Positions 39,901 through 54,249 of a stretch of 64,000 nt of DNA are shown here, piece after piece. Position 1 is the first letter of the stretch. Every line of letters begins with the position of its first letter. Made by a program: the position numbers and the translations under genes. The notes under the pieces were generated by a model. The model did no database searches. It saw only the letters and a program-made list of their open reading frames with translations, and was not told where the DNA came from. Source of the stretch: Glaucostegus cemiculus (Eukaryota); assembly GCA_976551045.1 (NCBI GenBank), contig CDPCPM010000291.1, positions 1,736,001 through 1,800,000 on the forward strand. The letters are read 5' to 3'.

Positions 39901-42849
39901 TCAAGTAAATTCTATAGTGTGTGAAATTTGTTTTACACGGGATTTATTTGCAAGTTAAGTCAGCAGAATAATTTTCCAGGATGCTCCTTGTTTATTTTTA
40001 TATAAATCTATTTGAACCTGATTGAAGGGCTCAGAAACTCCAGATGTGTTTGGTTAGTGGTGATCTACCCTTCTGATCTCGCTCCCACAGGGGTATGTTC
40101 CATTATGTCATAGCTGGGTAGGTGAATGGGAAATCACATGAAGGATCAGATGACTTGAGTGATGCCTCTGAACTAAATGAATTGAAAATGATGTTTAATT
40201 CCATTCGGCATTATCCTGTTCTTTTGAAGAATATGACACGATAGCTAATGACCTGCAAATGGGGAATAATAAAAAAAATGTACTGAAAGGCAATATAACT
40301 AGATTTGACTCGGGATAAAATTTTGTTTGCTAACATATTTTGTAATTGTAAATGTTTGCATTTTTTAATAGAAATAACTCATTAATGATTCAAGGAACTT
40401 AAATGACCAAAATAATGAACAAGTGCTATGTTTTGTCAGATCCAAAATGTGTGGATCCTGATGAGATGTTGGCAAGCTGCCCAAGTTTGTGGATAGGACT
40501 GATGTGGAGAAGTTAGGTTTATTCTACTCGCATTATGTACTGCTGACTGAGGCTGAAAGCAAGCTGGTCTGTTCATGACAGTGATTGGAGAAATAACAAT
40601 CATTCAATGTTTTAGCCTGCAGCTTATGTTTTCTGCCTATCTGATTTCTAAGATTAAGTGTGTGTGGCAGGACCAAAGACCACACCAGGGTGCAAATGAT
40701 TTGTAGTTGCCTTATTCTAATGTGTATTTTGGTATTTTTTTCTGACAAGAGGAATATGATTTTGATAAACTCCTGATTAAGTAGAAATATAACCCTACAA
40801 GACTTTTTTTTAAGAAATGCCTTGCTTGGGATGGCAGTGTGACTGGATAGTGTAGAGCTCACCCATTTACTGCTAACTGAACTGAGTTTGTGTGGTGTGC
40901 ACTGAAACGTTTTTCCCATTCTTAGAGGAGTGAAAGTGCTTACTAATGCATCCGAAACCTCTTCACACAGTGATGCTACAAGCCCACATCTAACAAGGAA
41001 TATAGTTTGTATTGATTTTTTCTTTTTAAATTGAAAATTAATACTGAATCAGGGACACAGTAAGAACTTGTGGGACAGTATGTATTCAGACAACTGATTA
41101 AAATTTCTCTTCATCTTTCCTTTTTGTGGTAGATATTTGAGCAGAGATTCTTGCTGAGAATGTGAATATCAAACTTCAGGCTTGTTTAAGCATTAATTTT
41201 AACATTGAGCAGGTGTTCTGGGCAGAAGCCAAGAATGACAGGAAAGCATCGTGCCCTCCTGAAGAGTTAAGCCCAGAATATGTTAAAACTTACACAAGCC
41301 CAATGAAACCCTTAAGTAGTGGGAAGTGCTAACGGGCCAGTGCGTGGCAGCAATGCTTGGGATGTAGGATGCTCCTACGTATACTTCCAGGGACCAAAGA
41401 AAGGCAGGCTGAGCATGCCTGGCTCACAGGGAAGCAAAAATAAGGCACTTAATTTTCTGGGTGTCTTGTCCAGCTCAGAATTAGCAATTTACTGGTGATA
41501 TCTCTACTTGGCTGGAATGCCATTTTATGATTTGTGTTGTAGTCCAAGTTGAATAATTTCATTAAAAACCCTGTGGCATCAACCTGAGAACTGGCTTCTC
41601 TAGCCACTCCTATATATTCTCCTGCCCACTGCTCTACATTGCTTGCTGTTCCTACAGCACCTCAAACTTAATATTTTAAATTTGTGTTTGAATGCCTCTG
41701 TTGCTTTATGCCACTGTAACTCCTTCCAGCTTGCAATGCCCCATCAATAATGCTTAATAAATGAAGCTTGTTACAGTTTAAATTCTTAAAACACAACACT
41801 CTTAAGAAATCACTGTGATTAAAGCTGTGCAACTAAACTTGTGTGGCTTTTTATTATTAGTAATTCTGCTTGCGGCAACCAATATAAAATAATACTTGTG
41901 CAAGATGGATCACGATGTAATAAAATAATCAATGGGCTCTGAGCACTGGTGGATTTATGAGCTATTTGGCCATTATTTTGATAGAATATTTGTTAGGATG
42001 ATAGAAGACAAGTGTAAAAATTCTAAGTGGGATAAGGCTGTGAAGTGATTTCACCAGACTGGACTGGAAGCAGCTACTTGACAGTAAATCGGTCTCTGCA
42101 TACAAGAGGATCAGCAATACCCATGGAAAAAAAAGGCAAGTCTGCCAAATCTGGACGCTCTGACAGGGTCAATTAAAAAAAATACGATAAGGCAAAAAAA
42201 AAAGAGACTCATGTTAATTGCCAGGAATCCAATACTGTAGAAAGCTTGGAAGAATTAAAAGAAAATAAAGAATAAAATTTTCCCTTTTGTTTAAAACAAG
42301 GAAAAATTAATCAGCAAGAGCTTTGTTTTCCCCAAGGATAGTTATAGTGGAGGTTGCCTGTTCAGATTACAGAAATTCAGCCTTAGAGAATTCACAAATC
42401 ACTACCAAAAATTTGAGATACAGAATAAAATTCACTCTCACAGATTTGTATGAAAAATTGTGAATATCAACACAAATTTATTCTATTACTACTTGCATTT
42501 CTTGACCCGGGTGCAGATAAGGCAGCATTGCTTTATGAAATATTGTGATAGGGTCCCCTTTTCTAGGAATGCAACCCTTCCCCACACCCCCGCATCCTAT
42601 AATGCAGGCCTTGCCTATATTGTCCTCCAGCATGAAGACTGAAGATTGAGGACGCTGGTTTTGGACCCAAGGTCATAAAGTCAGAGAAATATAGAGTATG
42701 GATTATATAGAGTCCATATCGATCATCAACCACCCATTTACACTAAACCACATCACAGATTTCTTGAAATCAACCTCAGATAATATTTCTGTAGCCATTA
42801 AACAGGGCTTAAGGTGCACTACTGCTTCTGAGCTTAGCATGGGCTGTGT

Positions 42850-44560
42850 TTGTCCTCAAACTGTATCATGAATTTTATCACATGGTGATCACTATTCCAT
42901 AGATGATCTTTAACTACAAAATCTCTTATTAATCCTATTGCATTACACTCGATCAAATCTAAAATGGCCTGTTCCCAGGCAAGTTCTGCAATGTATTGCT
43001 TGAAAAACAGTCCCTGATGTCCTGCATAAATTCCTCTTCCACAGTACCCTCGTCACTAATTTAGTTTATAGACTAATCAATATGCAGATTAAAATAACCC
43101 ACAATAATGACAGTTCCCTTCTTAAATGGGTTTGATACTTCCACATGCTTTATCCTTGTGAGCTAACACTTTGGGGACCTATTGACCATTCCCACCCATA
43201 TCTTCTTTGCCCTGCTAGTCCTTATTTCCATCCAAACTCACATCACAATCCACTATATCAATGTCTACCAGTGCAATGACATCTTCCTTGATTAACACAA
43301 CTCCACTGTCTTTCTCTTTTTGCTTATTGTTTTGGAAAAATCAGACAGCCTGGAATACAGAGTTCCCAGCCCTGGTCCCAGTACAAATATGCCACTGGCA
43401 CAGCTAGTAAATCAAAATCATTTGTGCCTATTTGTGTATCAACTCCACCTTCTTACTACAAGTGTTGCATTCACTCAGACAAAGAGCATTAAGCTTTGAC
43501 TTTTAATAGTTTTTGTTTTACTTACTGTGGATTCAAATTGTGCCAGCCACTTTCACTTGTATTTTGTCTCTTCCTGTCACTGTTGGATCTTTATTCTCCC
43601 CCTCATTTTGCTGTGCCACTGATTTCTCATCTACTTTTCATTGACTAAATTTCTCATCATCTGAATTCTCCTTCTCCTCTACCCACCTACCCAATTAGTT
43701 TAAAGCCTTGCTCATTACCCCTGTAATACAAATCACCTGGACACTGATTCAAGCAAGGTTCAAATGAAGCCCTTCCCAACAGAATAGCTCTCTTTCCCCC
43801 TGTATTAGTGCCAGTATCCCATGAATCAGAACAGGTTTCTCCTACACCAATCTCTAAACCACACATTTACTTTTCTAATCTTGTATTCCCTTGGCCAATT
43901 TACACATGGTTCAAGTGATAATCTGGAGATTATCATTTTGTGGTTCTGTTTCTCAATTTTGCCCTGAGCTGATTGTAATCCTTCAGCAGAACCTCCTTCT
44001 TAGCTTTCCTCATGTCATTAGTGCCAATGTGGGCCACAGTTGGATCCTCCTCCAAGTTCTTCTCTACTTCAGCTACGTCCTTAACCTTGCCACCAACCTT
44101 CAGGACTTCATCACTGCTGCAGAAAACAGTGTGTGTTCTCCTTGTGTTTTCTGCCCCCAATGGACAGTTTGCATTCTCCCTGCAGCCCCTATGCTATCCA
44201 AACAGGGCACAAGAACTTTGTTAGACTTGGGTTTGGCTTGTCACTCTCACAGAGCTCCCCTCTGGACCCTTTTACCTGCTTTTGCAATTGCACCCTCCTA
44301 TCCCTGACCACTGATTATATTCAAGTTAACTAATCAAAGGGAGATACCTCCCCTTCAGAATGTAGCATCCTTGCAGCTCGTCTGTCCCTGATGTGTCACA
44401 GTGATTGAAGCTCACGCTCCAGCTCATTGAACCTGCATTGAGATTTCTCGAGCAATCAATACGCGCTGCAGGTGTGATCACCGTGAACCACAATGGGGTC
44501 CATCAGTTCCCACATGCTGCAAACCCCATACATCACCTGCTCAGCCATTCCTGTTCTATT
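42850..44560 (-). mobile_element. CR1 LINE 5' portion (ORF1 zinc-binding + SGNH-esterase region and ORF2 endonuclease)
   Basis: ORF 43933..44160 VAHIGTNDM...YNQLRAKLRNRT (CR1 ORF1 esterase), GVCSMWE at ~44505-44527, and endonuclease remnants at 42850-43500. Confidence 0.85.
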
Positions 44561-45739
44561 TAATTAATTAGATTAGTCGAATTGGATTTAATTATTTTAA
44601 CCTTTTACACACCTGTGTGAAAAAAAGAACAGGGGGGTGGGGGGTGGGGGGTGGGGAGAAACATGGAGAATAAATGTCTGTGAATCTTTTACTACACAAA
44701 ACAACCATAGTTAATAGATTAAACACCATGAATTAATTTGTAAAGGAAATTTTATTATATTTACTCAGTTTCCTAATATATTGTGCAGTATATAATTTAG
44801 AGAAACAAAACTATTTATCAAATAATTAAATCAAAAATAAGTTTTGTGGTTGAGAATTAGTTTATGTGGTTAATAGGCAGTCTATAAAGTTACTATTTTT
44901 AAATATAGCTGAAACCAAAAGAAATTATGGAGGATTAGAAAAAAATGGGAATGGGCATCTGTAAGATATAAAATGCTCATTATTAGAGGTCATTGGGTTG
45001 CCAGATGCAAATCCAATTTCATCATTTTGTAAATTTACTTAAGATTGTTATTATTTCTGCGGGTCCCCCACACAGATGGATTCATACATTGACAGAGTGA
45101 AGATCCTGGTGGTGATATGCAATCATCCTGTTTTACATCCTCTGCAATTGTCATCCAAAGCCAAAGTAATTAGGAAATGGAACAAATCACTGGATTAAAT
45201 AGTGGATTTTCTCCTGCATTTAATTGGAAATAAAATTGCCCTGTTGCACATAGCTCCCACAACAAAAAAAAAATTTGCAATTTCATTGAGTGAAGCTTAT
45301 AGGAGAGCTGCTGTGCAAAGTGGAAAACAAGCCCATAAATTTACACAGACTTCAGGGTAGAGTGGCTTTACTTTGTATCTGACCTGAAAATACATAATAA
45401 TAGTAATGGATGCTTGAAAAAAGGTGTTTCATTTCCTGCTGTTAACATCTCAACTTGAGCACAAAATTCACTTAAAAACTTGTTCTTGCATTACCTTGAA
45501 CAGATTTAGAAAACATTAATTCAAAATGAAGTATAGTGCTTACGCTTGTTAAGATATTTACTCACTCTCTCTGGGGGAGAAGATAAATCTCAAACTGAAC
45601 AACTGGCACATAGCATGGAGTTACCACCATATGTCTGATGAGGGATTTAAACCTGCAGAGCAAACTGCCATATTCACATTACTGAATGGGTGAAAAATTA
45701 ATGTCTCAATACAATCTATTGATTTTATTCTCAGCACTA

Positions 45740-46075
45740 GGAATCATTAGGGGCATAAATAGGACAAACATTGTCTTTTTCCCCAGGGAAGTGGAACTTA
45801 AAACTAGGGGGCATAGTTTTAATGTGAGAGATGAAAAATTTAGAAGGGAGCTGAGGGAGAACTTCTTCAAGCAGAGGGTGGTGTGTACATGGAATAAATG
45901 CCAGAGAAAGTGGTTGAGGCAGGTACAATCACAACATTCAAAATACATTTGGTTAAGGGCATGGGGATTAGAGGGATATGGGCCAAACACGGGGAAATGG
46001 ATCTGGCTTGATGGGTACCATGGATGAGTTGGGCCAAAGGGCTGTTTCTATGTTGTATTACTTTATGACTCTGAA
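45740..46075 (+). mobile_element. CR1 3' fragment
   Basis: ORF 45686..46027 IRGINR...KTRGHSFNVRDEKFRRELRENFFKQRVVCTWN, plus a CR1 tail. Confidence 0.88.
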
Positions 46076-46319
46076 GAGTCTTGCCAATGTATTGCAGGTG
46101 GTACTATGGTGAAACTGGGTAGATTCATTTCATCCTCTGTATTTAGTTAATTCAATCATTCAGAGCTTCTCTTTGACATGTGTTTTTGCTTATCTATTTG
46201 AAAAGGAATGGAGCATTGATAAAATCCAAATTATTATAACATAGCTAACAGTAACTATAAAAATGATTTCGGGTATCTCAGTCTTTTACAAATCCATGAC
46301 TTACCTTTAACATTTTGTT

Positions 46320-47400
46320 GGCATCCTTCTTCTGCAGGACTTTCCAGATTGCAACCATCTTCTGGGTGAAAAAAAATCCTAAGAATCCCTCTAATCCTCT
46401 TATACCTCTTTATTCCTGTTTTTTTGCACTATTTATCCTTTGTAATTTATAGTAATTTTTTGTCTTTGCACTGTACTGCTGCTGCAACATGTTTCATGTC
46501 ATAGTGATAATAATTGTTATATTAATTTTTTAAATTATATTTTATATGTTAAGATTACATTTCATGTCAAAGTCAATGATAATAAATCTGATTCTGATTA
46601 AACCTATGCCCTTTGGTTTTAGATGTCTCCATTATAGGGAAAAGCTTCTCACCATCCACCCTATCTACACCCGTCGTAATTTTGTGTAGCTCTCACCAGG
46701 TGCCCCTTCAGCTTCCTCTGCTCCAAGGAAAACAAACCCAGCCTATCCAAGTAAATCTCCTCTGCACCCTCCAATGCACTCTCATCCTTGTTACAGTGCG
46801 GCGACCAGAATTGCTCACAATATTCCAGCTATGGTCTAACCAAGGTTTTATAAAGTTGCGTCACGGCCTCTGTGCTCTTATATTCTGTGCCCTAGCTAAT
46901 AAAGGCCAGCATCCCACTTACTTTCTTCACCACCTTATCTACCTGTTCTGCCATCTTTGGGGATCCATGCACCTGTACACTAAGGTGCCTCTGTTTATCA
47001 ATACTCCCTACCATTTATAGGTATGTCCTGCTCTTATTAAACCTCCCAAAATGCATCACCTTGCACTGATTGAGACTCAATTCCGTTTGCCATTACTCTG
47101 TCCATTTATCAGCTAATCAGTATCTTTCAATAAACTAAGTCTATTCTCTTCACTATCAACACCACCACCAATTTTCATGTCATCTGCAAATTTACTGATC
47201 GTAGTTCCTATATTCATATTCAAATTGTTAACGTACAAATAGTAGGGTCCCAGCACCGGTTCCTGCGGTACACTTATGGGCACAGGCTTCCAATCACAAA
47301 AGGCAACCCTTCACCATCACCCTCTATTTCTTGCCACCAAGCCAACTTTGGATCCAATTTGCCAATGTGCCCTGGATCCCATGAGTATTATCTATTGAAT
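46320..47400 (-). mobile_element. CR1 RT fragment with a plus-strand LINE-tail insertion at ~46400-46598
   Basis: Minus-strand VPQEPVLGP, SKFADDMKIGG, MLAFIS. The insert ends ...gataataaatctgattctga. Confidence 0.85.
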
Positions 47401-49119
47401 ATTGTTTTATTCCTGATTACCAGATGGCAGAAGAACAATATCTTCTGTTCCTGGGATAAACAGCCCAGAAAATTTGCCATGTAGCGCTTTCAGAAGTCCC
47501 CAAAATGCTGGGTGGGGAGTTCCACATATGCTCATCAGGGCATGTGCAACTTGCCAATCTGGGCAAGCAAAGAGGCATCCTTGATCCAGGCTGAAAGAGG
47601 TGATCCTGTTCATAAGTACACGAGGGGTCTACAGTTGCTTGGGACTTTCCCCTTCATCCCCTGCCCCAACAAGACTTTTTAATCCTGAAGAAGTTCACGC
47701 CGCTGTGAACTTCCATGGGGAAACCAACTGTACAAAACACCCACAACAAAAATGCTAACTTGCTTATTGCTGAATTTAAGAGTCGGGGGCAGCAGGAATA
47801 CTGAGCAAGTTTATGAAAATGCTGTAAGTTGAATTGAGAATAATGGTAAGGATAAGTAGTAACAAGCACTAATTGTAATAGGGTAAATAGAACAGTAACT
47901 TCTGCAGTCCAGTCATGTAGAGTTAAATGTGAAAATCCAGAGGGTTGTTGCTCTACTCTGGGTTGCTGTACCAATATCTTAATAGATTCAGGATTCTATG
48001 GCTGTAATGATGGAGGGGCAGTCATCATTTGCCACCATTGTATCATTCAGCTGACACCAATGTAGGATCTCTGTCCATGTAGCCAAGATCCTGATGTCGT
48101 CAAAGACTCAGTACTCCCCCATATGCGGAAAGCGAGTGGTGGAATGGTAGGAGAAGAAAATCAGATGTTAAAACTAGCAGAGTCTATGGAAACAAAGAGC
48201 AAGGACTAACTGCCCATCAATTACCAGAAAATCTTTAGAACTTTGGGTTAGAAGGATGCAAGGGTCCCTTTTGCCAGCTCTCAAATTTTAATTACGGTAC
48301 CAGAAGATGATTATGGAATGAAATCTTACAAATGGCAATGTAGTATCCAAGGTTTGGATAATTTTTATTTACCTCGCATTTACATGATTTGTTAGTTTTA
48401 AACATTTTTGAATGTTAAATATTTTTCACATTAATGCAAATTTGCAACTTTATAATATTTTCATATTTTCCCATAACTCTGGAACTTAAACAAAATCTAA
48501 AAAATTTAAAAAAAATAAAGATTTTTTTTAGGCAATTAAATTTTCTCCTCTCACTCAGCAATACTTCAGGCATTTATTTCCATCCTATCAGCCTTGCCTT
48601 ATCTTGGAGATGTGTCTAGACTTCAATGTCCCATGTAATGCAGCTTTTACCAGGTTAAGGAACAAATGTAAAATATGTCAATTTTTTTGTGAAGTTTTCA
48701 CTCAACAAATTATCCAAAATTAGTGGGGAGCTTTTTATCTTGCTATAGGCTGCAAAACCTTGAATAAAGGTGTGAAACAGCAAATGATTAGCCGTTGGAA
48801 AATCATTAGACCATACAGGTGAATGGGTATTGTTCATAGTATGGTTAAGTGTTAATTATTACTGATCAACCACTCTGGCAATGAGTCTCATTCCTTCAGA
48901 ATTTAATTATTGGTTGAAATACAAAATATTGTTTTGTTCTGTGTTATTTCTCTCTTAATTCAACCATTCTTGCCCCCTCTATCTCACTTTCTGCACATGC
49001 TTAAATCTAATTTGTCCTTTCTGGCTTCAAGTCTGCAGCCATGAGCTTCAAATTCCACTGGAAAATGTCAGTTGCAAACTGAAATGTGGAATAAATTGGA
49101 CTGGAATGATCTGGAGACT

Positions 49120-49780
49120 AAGGAGTTTAGGTCAACTGCGGCTTTCAGGGTGACGGGTGACGCAGTCACTACAGCAGCTTGTAGACTACAATAACTGCTT
49201 CCTTTGAACATCCCACCCTCTAAATAGACGGGCACAAGAGTGGGTGGAGATAGAAGTATTATTGGATAGATCCTTCAGGCCAGAGCCCTTCTCCCCCTCA
49301 CTTCACTGCAGTCACTGGAGAAGTGGCCTCACTTTTGAGCCCACTCCTCCTGTTCCTGGTCATGCTGAAAGCCCAGAGGGAGCAAAACCACCCTGGTATT
49401 ACAAAAAGGAAACCTCACCTCCACTTTCTGTACAAATCAGAGCAATACTTGCAGCTCAACTTTTCAAATGTTCAATGAGTGCAATGGGTTCTCCTCCAAC
49501 TATATCACCAGGTTATTCCTGTCGTCCAAACCTGGTTTCCTGTGTGCCGTGGTTGGTCAAGGTGTGAAGACCTACCTCAAAGCTGCAGGGCAAGCATCAA
49601 CAGAGTATGGATTGCAGCCTTCTTTGCGTACTACCCCTATACAGAATTATAATGCAGCAACTGCAAGTCACAATTCAAATTTCCCACAAATTGGGATCTA
49701 CAGCCCTGAAAGAGATGATAGCACCAGGCGATCCAATTCCTACACGTGCAACTCAGTGGAGATTTCTCAGTGTAGACTGG
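49120..49780 (+). mobile_element. Possible DIRS/Ngaro-type tyrosine-recombinase relic
   Basis: Ordered but frameshifted motifs AAFRVTGD, LFLSSKPG...VKTYLKAAG...EYGL, YRI-AATA, LKEM-RRSNSY resemble YR box I, box II (HSFRIGAAT) and GRWxSxAY. Confidence 0.35.
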
Positions 49781-50404
49781 CTGAAGAGTCACATTGTGTC
49801 TTCACCTGCTCGTGCATATTACACCTTTTCCACAGAAGGCAAAATGACATTGCTGCTGGAAAGCCTGTTTACATTATGTGGGTAGCTGTTCTTTAACTAA
49901 TGAATGCAAATTCCAGTCTGTGATACCAGTTTGAATCCTGAATTGCTTCTGTAGACTATGTATTGTTATTTCATTTCTAATCAGTAAAAATTTTCCTATT
50001 CATGTAAATTTTTGAGCTCATCAAGCTTTTTGCCCAACTTCCTTCATGACTGCAATGTAACTTTCAAATATTCAGGTGCAAAACTTGACATGTGGTGACT
50101 ACCTGAATCCTAAAAGGTTTTGAACATACATATAAAAAAAGCCTGCAAACATAAATGTACATTTTTCAACAAATACACTTTAACTCTTCCTTAGATGAAT
50201 ACACAGGAACACAGACCTAAAATTGAAATTGTTAACAAAAATCTGGGGAGTGAGGAGGCAAAAGCTAGAGAATTTCATATTCTGATTATAAATCCACAGA
50301 CCTTTATCATCTTCATGTTTTAAACTTCAAATTTTATGAGGTGTTGCATCCACATGTGCCTAGCTGCTTTAAAAGTAATGATATAAGTTTATTTCCTTTG
50401 TTCA

Positions 50405-50735
50405 AGGACCACAAAGGTTACAAATTGTGTAGCAGAGTGATGCCTCACTGCTCCAGGGACCTGGGTTTAATTCTGATGTTTAGTGCTGTCTATATGGAGA
50501 CTGCATATTATCCTTGTAACTGCATGGATTCCCATAAATGCTCCAGTTTCCTCCAACATATGCTGGTCAGTTATTGTAGATTACCCCTTGTGCAGGTGCA
50601 CGGCAGGAGGATCAGTGGAGAGCTGATGCAAGAGGAGGGAAGTAAGTGCAGGAATGGAGCTGATGGGAATGCTATGAGAGCTGGCATAGATTCAATGGGC
50701 CAAATGACCTCCTACCACACTAAGAGAAATATGAG
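50405..50735 (+). mobile_element. Old V-SINE with CR1-type tail
   Basis: tgcctcactgctccagggacctgggtttaattc head, tgctccagtttcctcc V-domain, and tail ggcatagattcaatgggccaaatgacctcct. Confidence 0.7.
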
Positions 50736-50774
50736 AAATTTCACAGATCACAGAAGTTACTTAGTAATATTATC

Positions 50775-52055
50775 CCCTTGTTCAAGAAGTGCAGCAGAGA
50801 TAAGCTTGAAAAGTACAGGCCAGTGAGCCTTGCATCAGTGATTGGGAAGTTGTTGGAGAAGCATAGTTTTACGCAGGAGAGATCAAGTCCCACAATCTGA
50901 TTGGGTTTTTGAGGAAGTGACTACGAAAATTGATGAAGTCAGAGCAGTAGACATGGGTTACATGGAGTTCAGTAAGGCATTTGACAAGGTCCCACATGGC
51001 AGGCTGGTCCAGAAGGTTAAGGCACAAAGAATCCAGGGTGTGTTGGCAAACTGAATCCAAAATTGGCTTGATGATAGGAAGCAGAGAGTAGTGGTGAATG
51101 GGTGTTCTTCTGACTGAAAATCAGTAACCAGTGGTGGACCTCAGCGATCAGTGCTGGGATCTTTTTTGTTTGTAACATCTAGAAATGACTTGGATGAAAA
51201 TTTAGATGGACTGATAACACAAGAATTGATGACATCATAGATAGTGAAGTTTATCTAAGGATACAGTGGGACATTGGGCGAAGTGGTGGCAGATGGAATC
51301 TTATCCAGAGAAGTGCAAGGTAATGCACTTTGAGAGGTCAAATTCTGATAGGACAAAGAGAGTAAATGGAGCATTGATGCGCAGAGAGACCTTGGGGTGC
51401 AAGTCCATAGCATGCTGAAAGTGGCAACACAGGTGGATAGGATAATAAAGGCAGCATTTGGTATACTTGTCTTCATAGGCTGAGACATTGAGTTTAACAG
51501 TTGGGATATCATGTTGCAGTACCCAAAGCATTGGTTGGACGGCATTTGGAGTATTGTGTACAGTTATGGTTGCCACACTGCAGGAAGGGTGTGGTAGCAA
51601 TAGAGAGAGCACAGAAGAGATTCACCAGGATGTTGCCTGTAATTGGGGGCTATAGTTATAAGAGATTGGATAGACTGCATTTATTATCATTGGAACATAG
51701 AAGGCTGAGGGTTGACCTTACAGATGTTTATAAAATTATGAGGGGCATAGATAGGATATATAGTTAGAATCATTTTCCCAGGGCAGGAGAGTCTAGAACT
51801 AAATAGCACAGGTTTAAGGTGAAAGGAGAGAAATTTAAAAGATACCCAAGAGGGATAGGTTTTTCCCCCATACAGAGTAGTAGTAGTTATCTGGAATGAG
51901 ATGCCAGAGGAAGTGGTAGGTGCAGATACCATTATAACTTTTCACAGGCATTTGGACAGGTACTTACACAGGAAATGCATTGAGGGATACAGGCAAATGG
52001 AATTAGCATTGATGAGGCGAGCTGAAAGGGCCCCACTTCTGTGCTGTATCAATCT
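50775..52055 (+). mobile_element. CR1 LINE, 5'-truncated
   Basis: ORF 50842..51054 FEEVTTKIDE...FSKAFDKVPHGRL, ORF 51501..51767 HLEYCVQLW...RFTRMLP, and a tail near 52020-52055. Confidence 0.92.
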
Positions 52056-52104
52056 GTGGTAATATTGAGCCAGGTGGTAAAGGTGTAATGTCCTTGAGTA
52101 TTTT

Positions 52105-52110
52105 TTTAAT
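52105..52110 (-). promoter_or_regulatory. Possible MTRR polyadenylation signal (ATTAAA)
   Basis: First poly(A)-type hexamer I noticed on the minus strand, about 650 nt after the stop and just before a CR1 copy. No transcript evidence. Confidence 0.25.
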
Positions 52111-52760
52111 GAAATGACGAAATGAATGAAAAAAGAACAATTTGGTACGGAAGTTAAAGGTGGAGAAAAATGAAAGCATGATGAATAAAATGGTAAAATG
52201 CGGGAAACCAATGGTCCATGACTATTCCTGAGAATTTCTAAAAGTGAAACTTGCATATCATGGCATAAATGTACTGAAACTGCTGGAGTCTTCAATTATA
52301 GCTCTGTGTTGCCTATAACTAAACCTTACTAATGAAGGTTTCAAATGGCATGTCTTAAAATTTGCATAAATATTACACTTCCACTGATTTTGTCAAATGT
52401 AGCATTAAGAGTTACACAAAGAAAGAGAAACTGCTGTTTTATGGGGTAGTCCATCAAAGAGCAGAAACATAATCACCGAGAGCAACTCTTAAAAGCAGTG
52501 TCTGCATTTGGTGGAGCATCCTACGGAAAGATGTTTGAAAAGCTTTTATCATTTGCTTCTGTCGGAATAACATTCATCAAGAAGAGGGACATCACCATTA
52601 TCCTCAATTATTGTCTGTGCTGGAAAAGATCCAATCATTTTGCCTAGAAGTGTCTTTCCAACATTTCTTCCTAGATTTATCAAAGGTTAAAAATGTCTCT
52701 GGTCTTTGCAAAAAGATTAAAAACACGCAATTAGTTTTGAATCCTTCTCTCAAGGATCAT

Positions 52761-52905
52761 TTAACTCCAGACATCCTGCAGGTAGCGTTTCTCTTCACGA
52801 AGATTTGCTATAATTCTCATGGCTTCCAGAGTATTCACTTCCAACTTCTCGGATATAATTTCAGTCAGAGTAGTGTTCACATCTTTAGCCATATTCTTGC
52901 CATCT
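52761..52905 (-). CDS. MTRR: MTRR last coding exon with stop codon (equivalent to human exon 15)
   Basis: Acceptor caacag, then (G)[47 protein letters not shown]. Matches recalled human [47 protein letters not shown], including the catalytic Asp and the FAD-shielding Trp. TAA at 52763-52761. Confidence 0.95.
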
Positions 52906-53149
52906 CTGTTGCAAGAATAAAAATAATCAGCAAAATGTGAGAATATATTAGTTTCAGTAGAAAACCAAAGACTAAGTAGTCAAGTTTAATCCCATATGCC
53001 TATCTTTTGTCTGCAGTACTGTAAATTCCTCATCTTCAGTATCTGCCCAATTCCTTTCTTCTTTCCAACTTTAAGTGAAAGTATTTTGTCCTCATCTTCC
53101 CTTATTATCTTGTGCCAATGATGTTGTAGCCTTGATGCCTGGTTATTGA

Positions 53150-54020
53150 AGAAATAATTATTCTCTACCTATATCAAAACTAATCAGTTCAACCTCTTAA
53201 GTTTCTCTGCTCCTAGTAAAGTAGTACCAACATTTCTAATTTCTACTGTTAACTAAAATCTCTTGTCCTTGAAAAGACCGGTAACGTCTCAGCAATTCTC
53301 CACTGTACCCAAGTTCTTTTCCTGAAGTACCCAACCTGATTCTAGCTGAGCCCAAACTAGAGGTTTTCTTGCAGGCTCCTGTATTATTTTTGCTTTCACT
53401 CCATCCCTCTATTTATAAAATCCAATCCCAAATTCACTTTAACTCCCTTATCTTATCCTCTCACTTTTCAGGATTTATGAATACAGACTCTTCAAAATCA
53501 TGTCATTTATAGTAACTGTATTTTGATATTAGTCTTCCCAAAGTGTATCATCTTGTACTTCACACTGAACTCTTCTTGCCTATTTCACAGCAGTCAGTAA
53601 CCTATAGCCATCCTCATCAGTAATTACTGACTTTGTATCAACTGCTCCCTACATCTGCAAATTTATAATTTTAGTCCCTACACTGAAGCCCATGTAGTTT
53701 GTGAACAAAGTTAGAACTGTCGCTTGGGGAACACCGCTTCTTTGTCTGAAAATATTCATTCAACACTGTCCTTCAGTACCCATCACTTAACTATTTTTTT
53801 AAATCCAAAATTACACTTGCATTCTTAGTCAATGAAGATTCATCTTCATCAGCTTTCAGTGTGGCACTTTGTCAAATACCTTCCAAAAGTCCACATGAAC
53901 ATCTATAATTTAGTAATAGATTGCTACCAATAAATCCATGCTGACGCTCCTTGATTAACCTGCACTACTCTTAATAATAGCTTCCAATAACTTTACAGTC
54001 CTGACTTTAAGATAATTGCT
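53150..54020 (-). mobile_element. Old CR1 fragment in the last MTRR intron
   Basis: Minus-strand QHGF, DFWKVFDKVPH, SGVPQ and KFAD remnants. Confidence 0.7.
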
Positions 54021-54249
54021 TTGTTTTCAATTAACTACAGAAGCCATCCTTACTACTCCATTGTGAACCTGCCATGATTTTGCAGTCAGACTTTTCATAC
54101 AAGTTTTTACATACTTGGGCAAAATTAAAAAAACAAATACAGTATTGCATTTAGCCAGCACATTAAGACAGGAGAAACTAGCCCTTTATTTTCCCTTCTT
54201 TGTTCAGACTCCCTATTTTTTCTCTCTGATATTATTCATTATTATTTCT

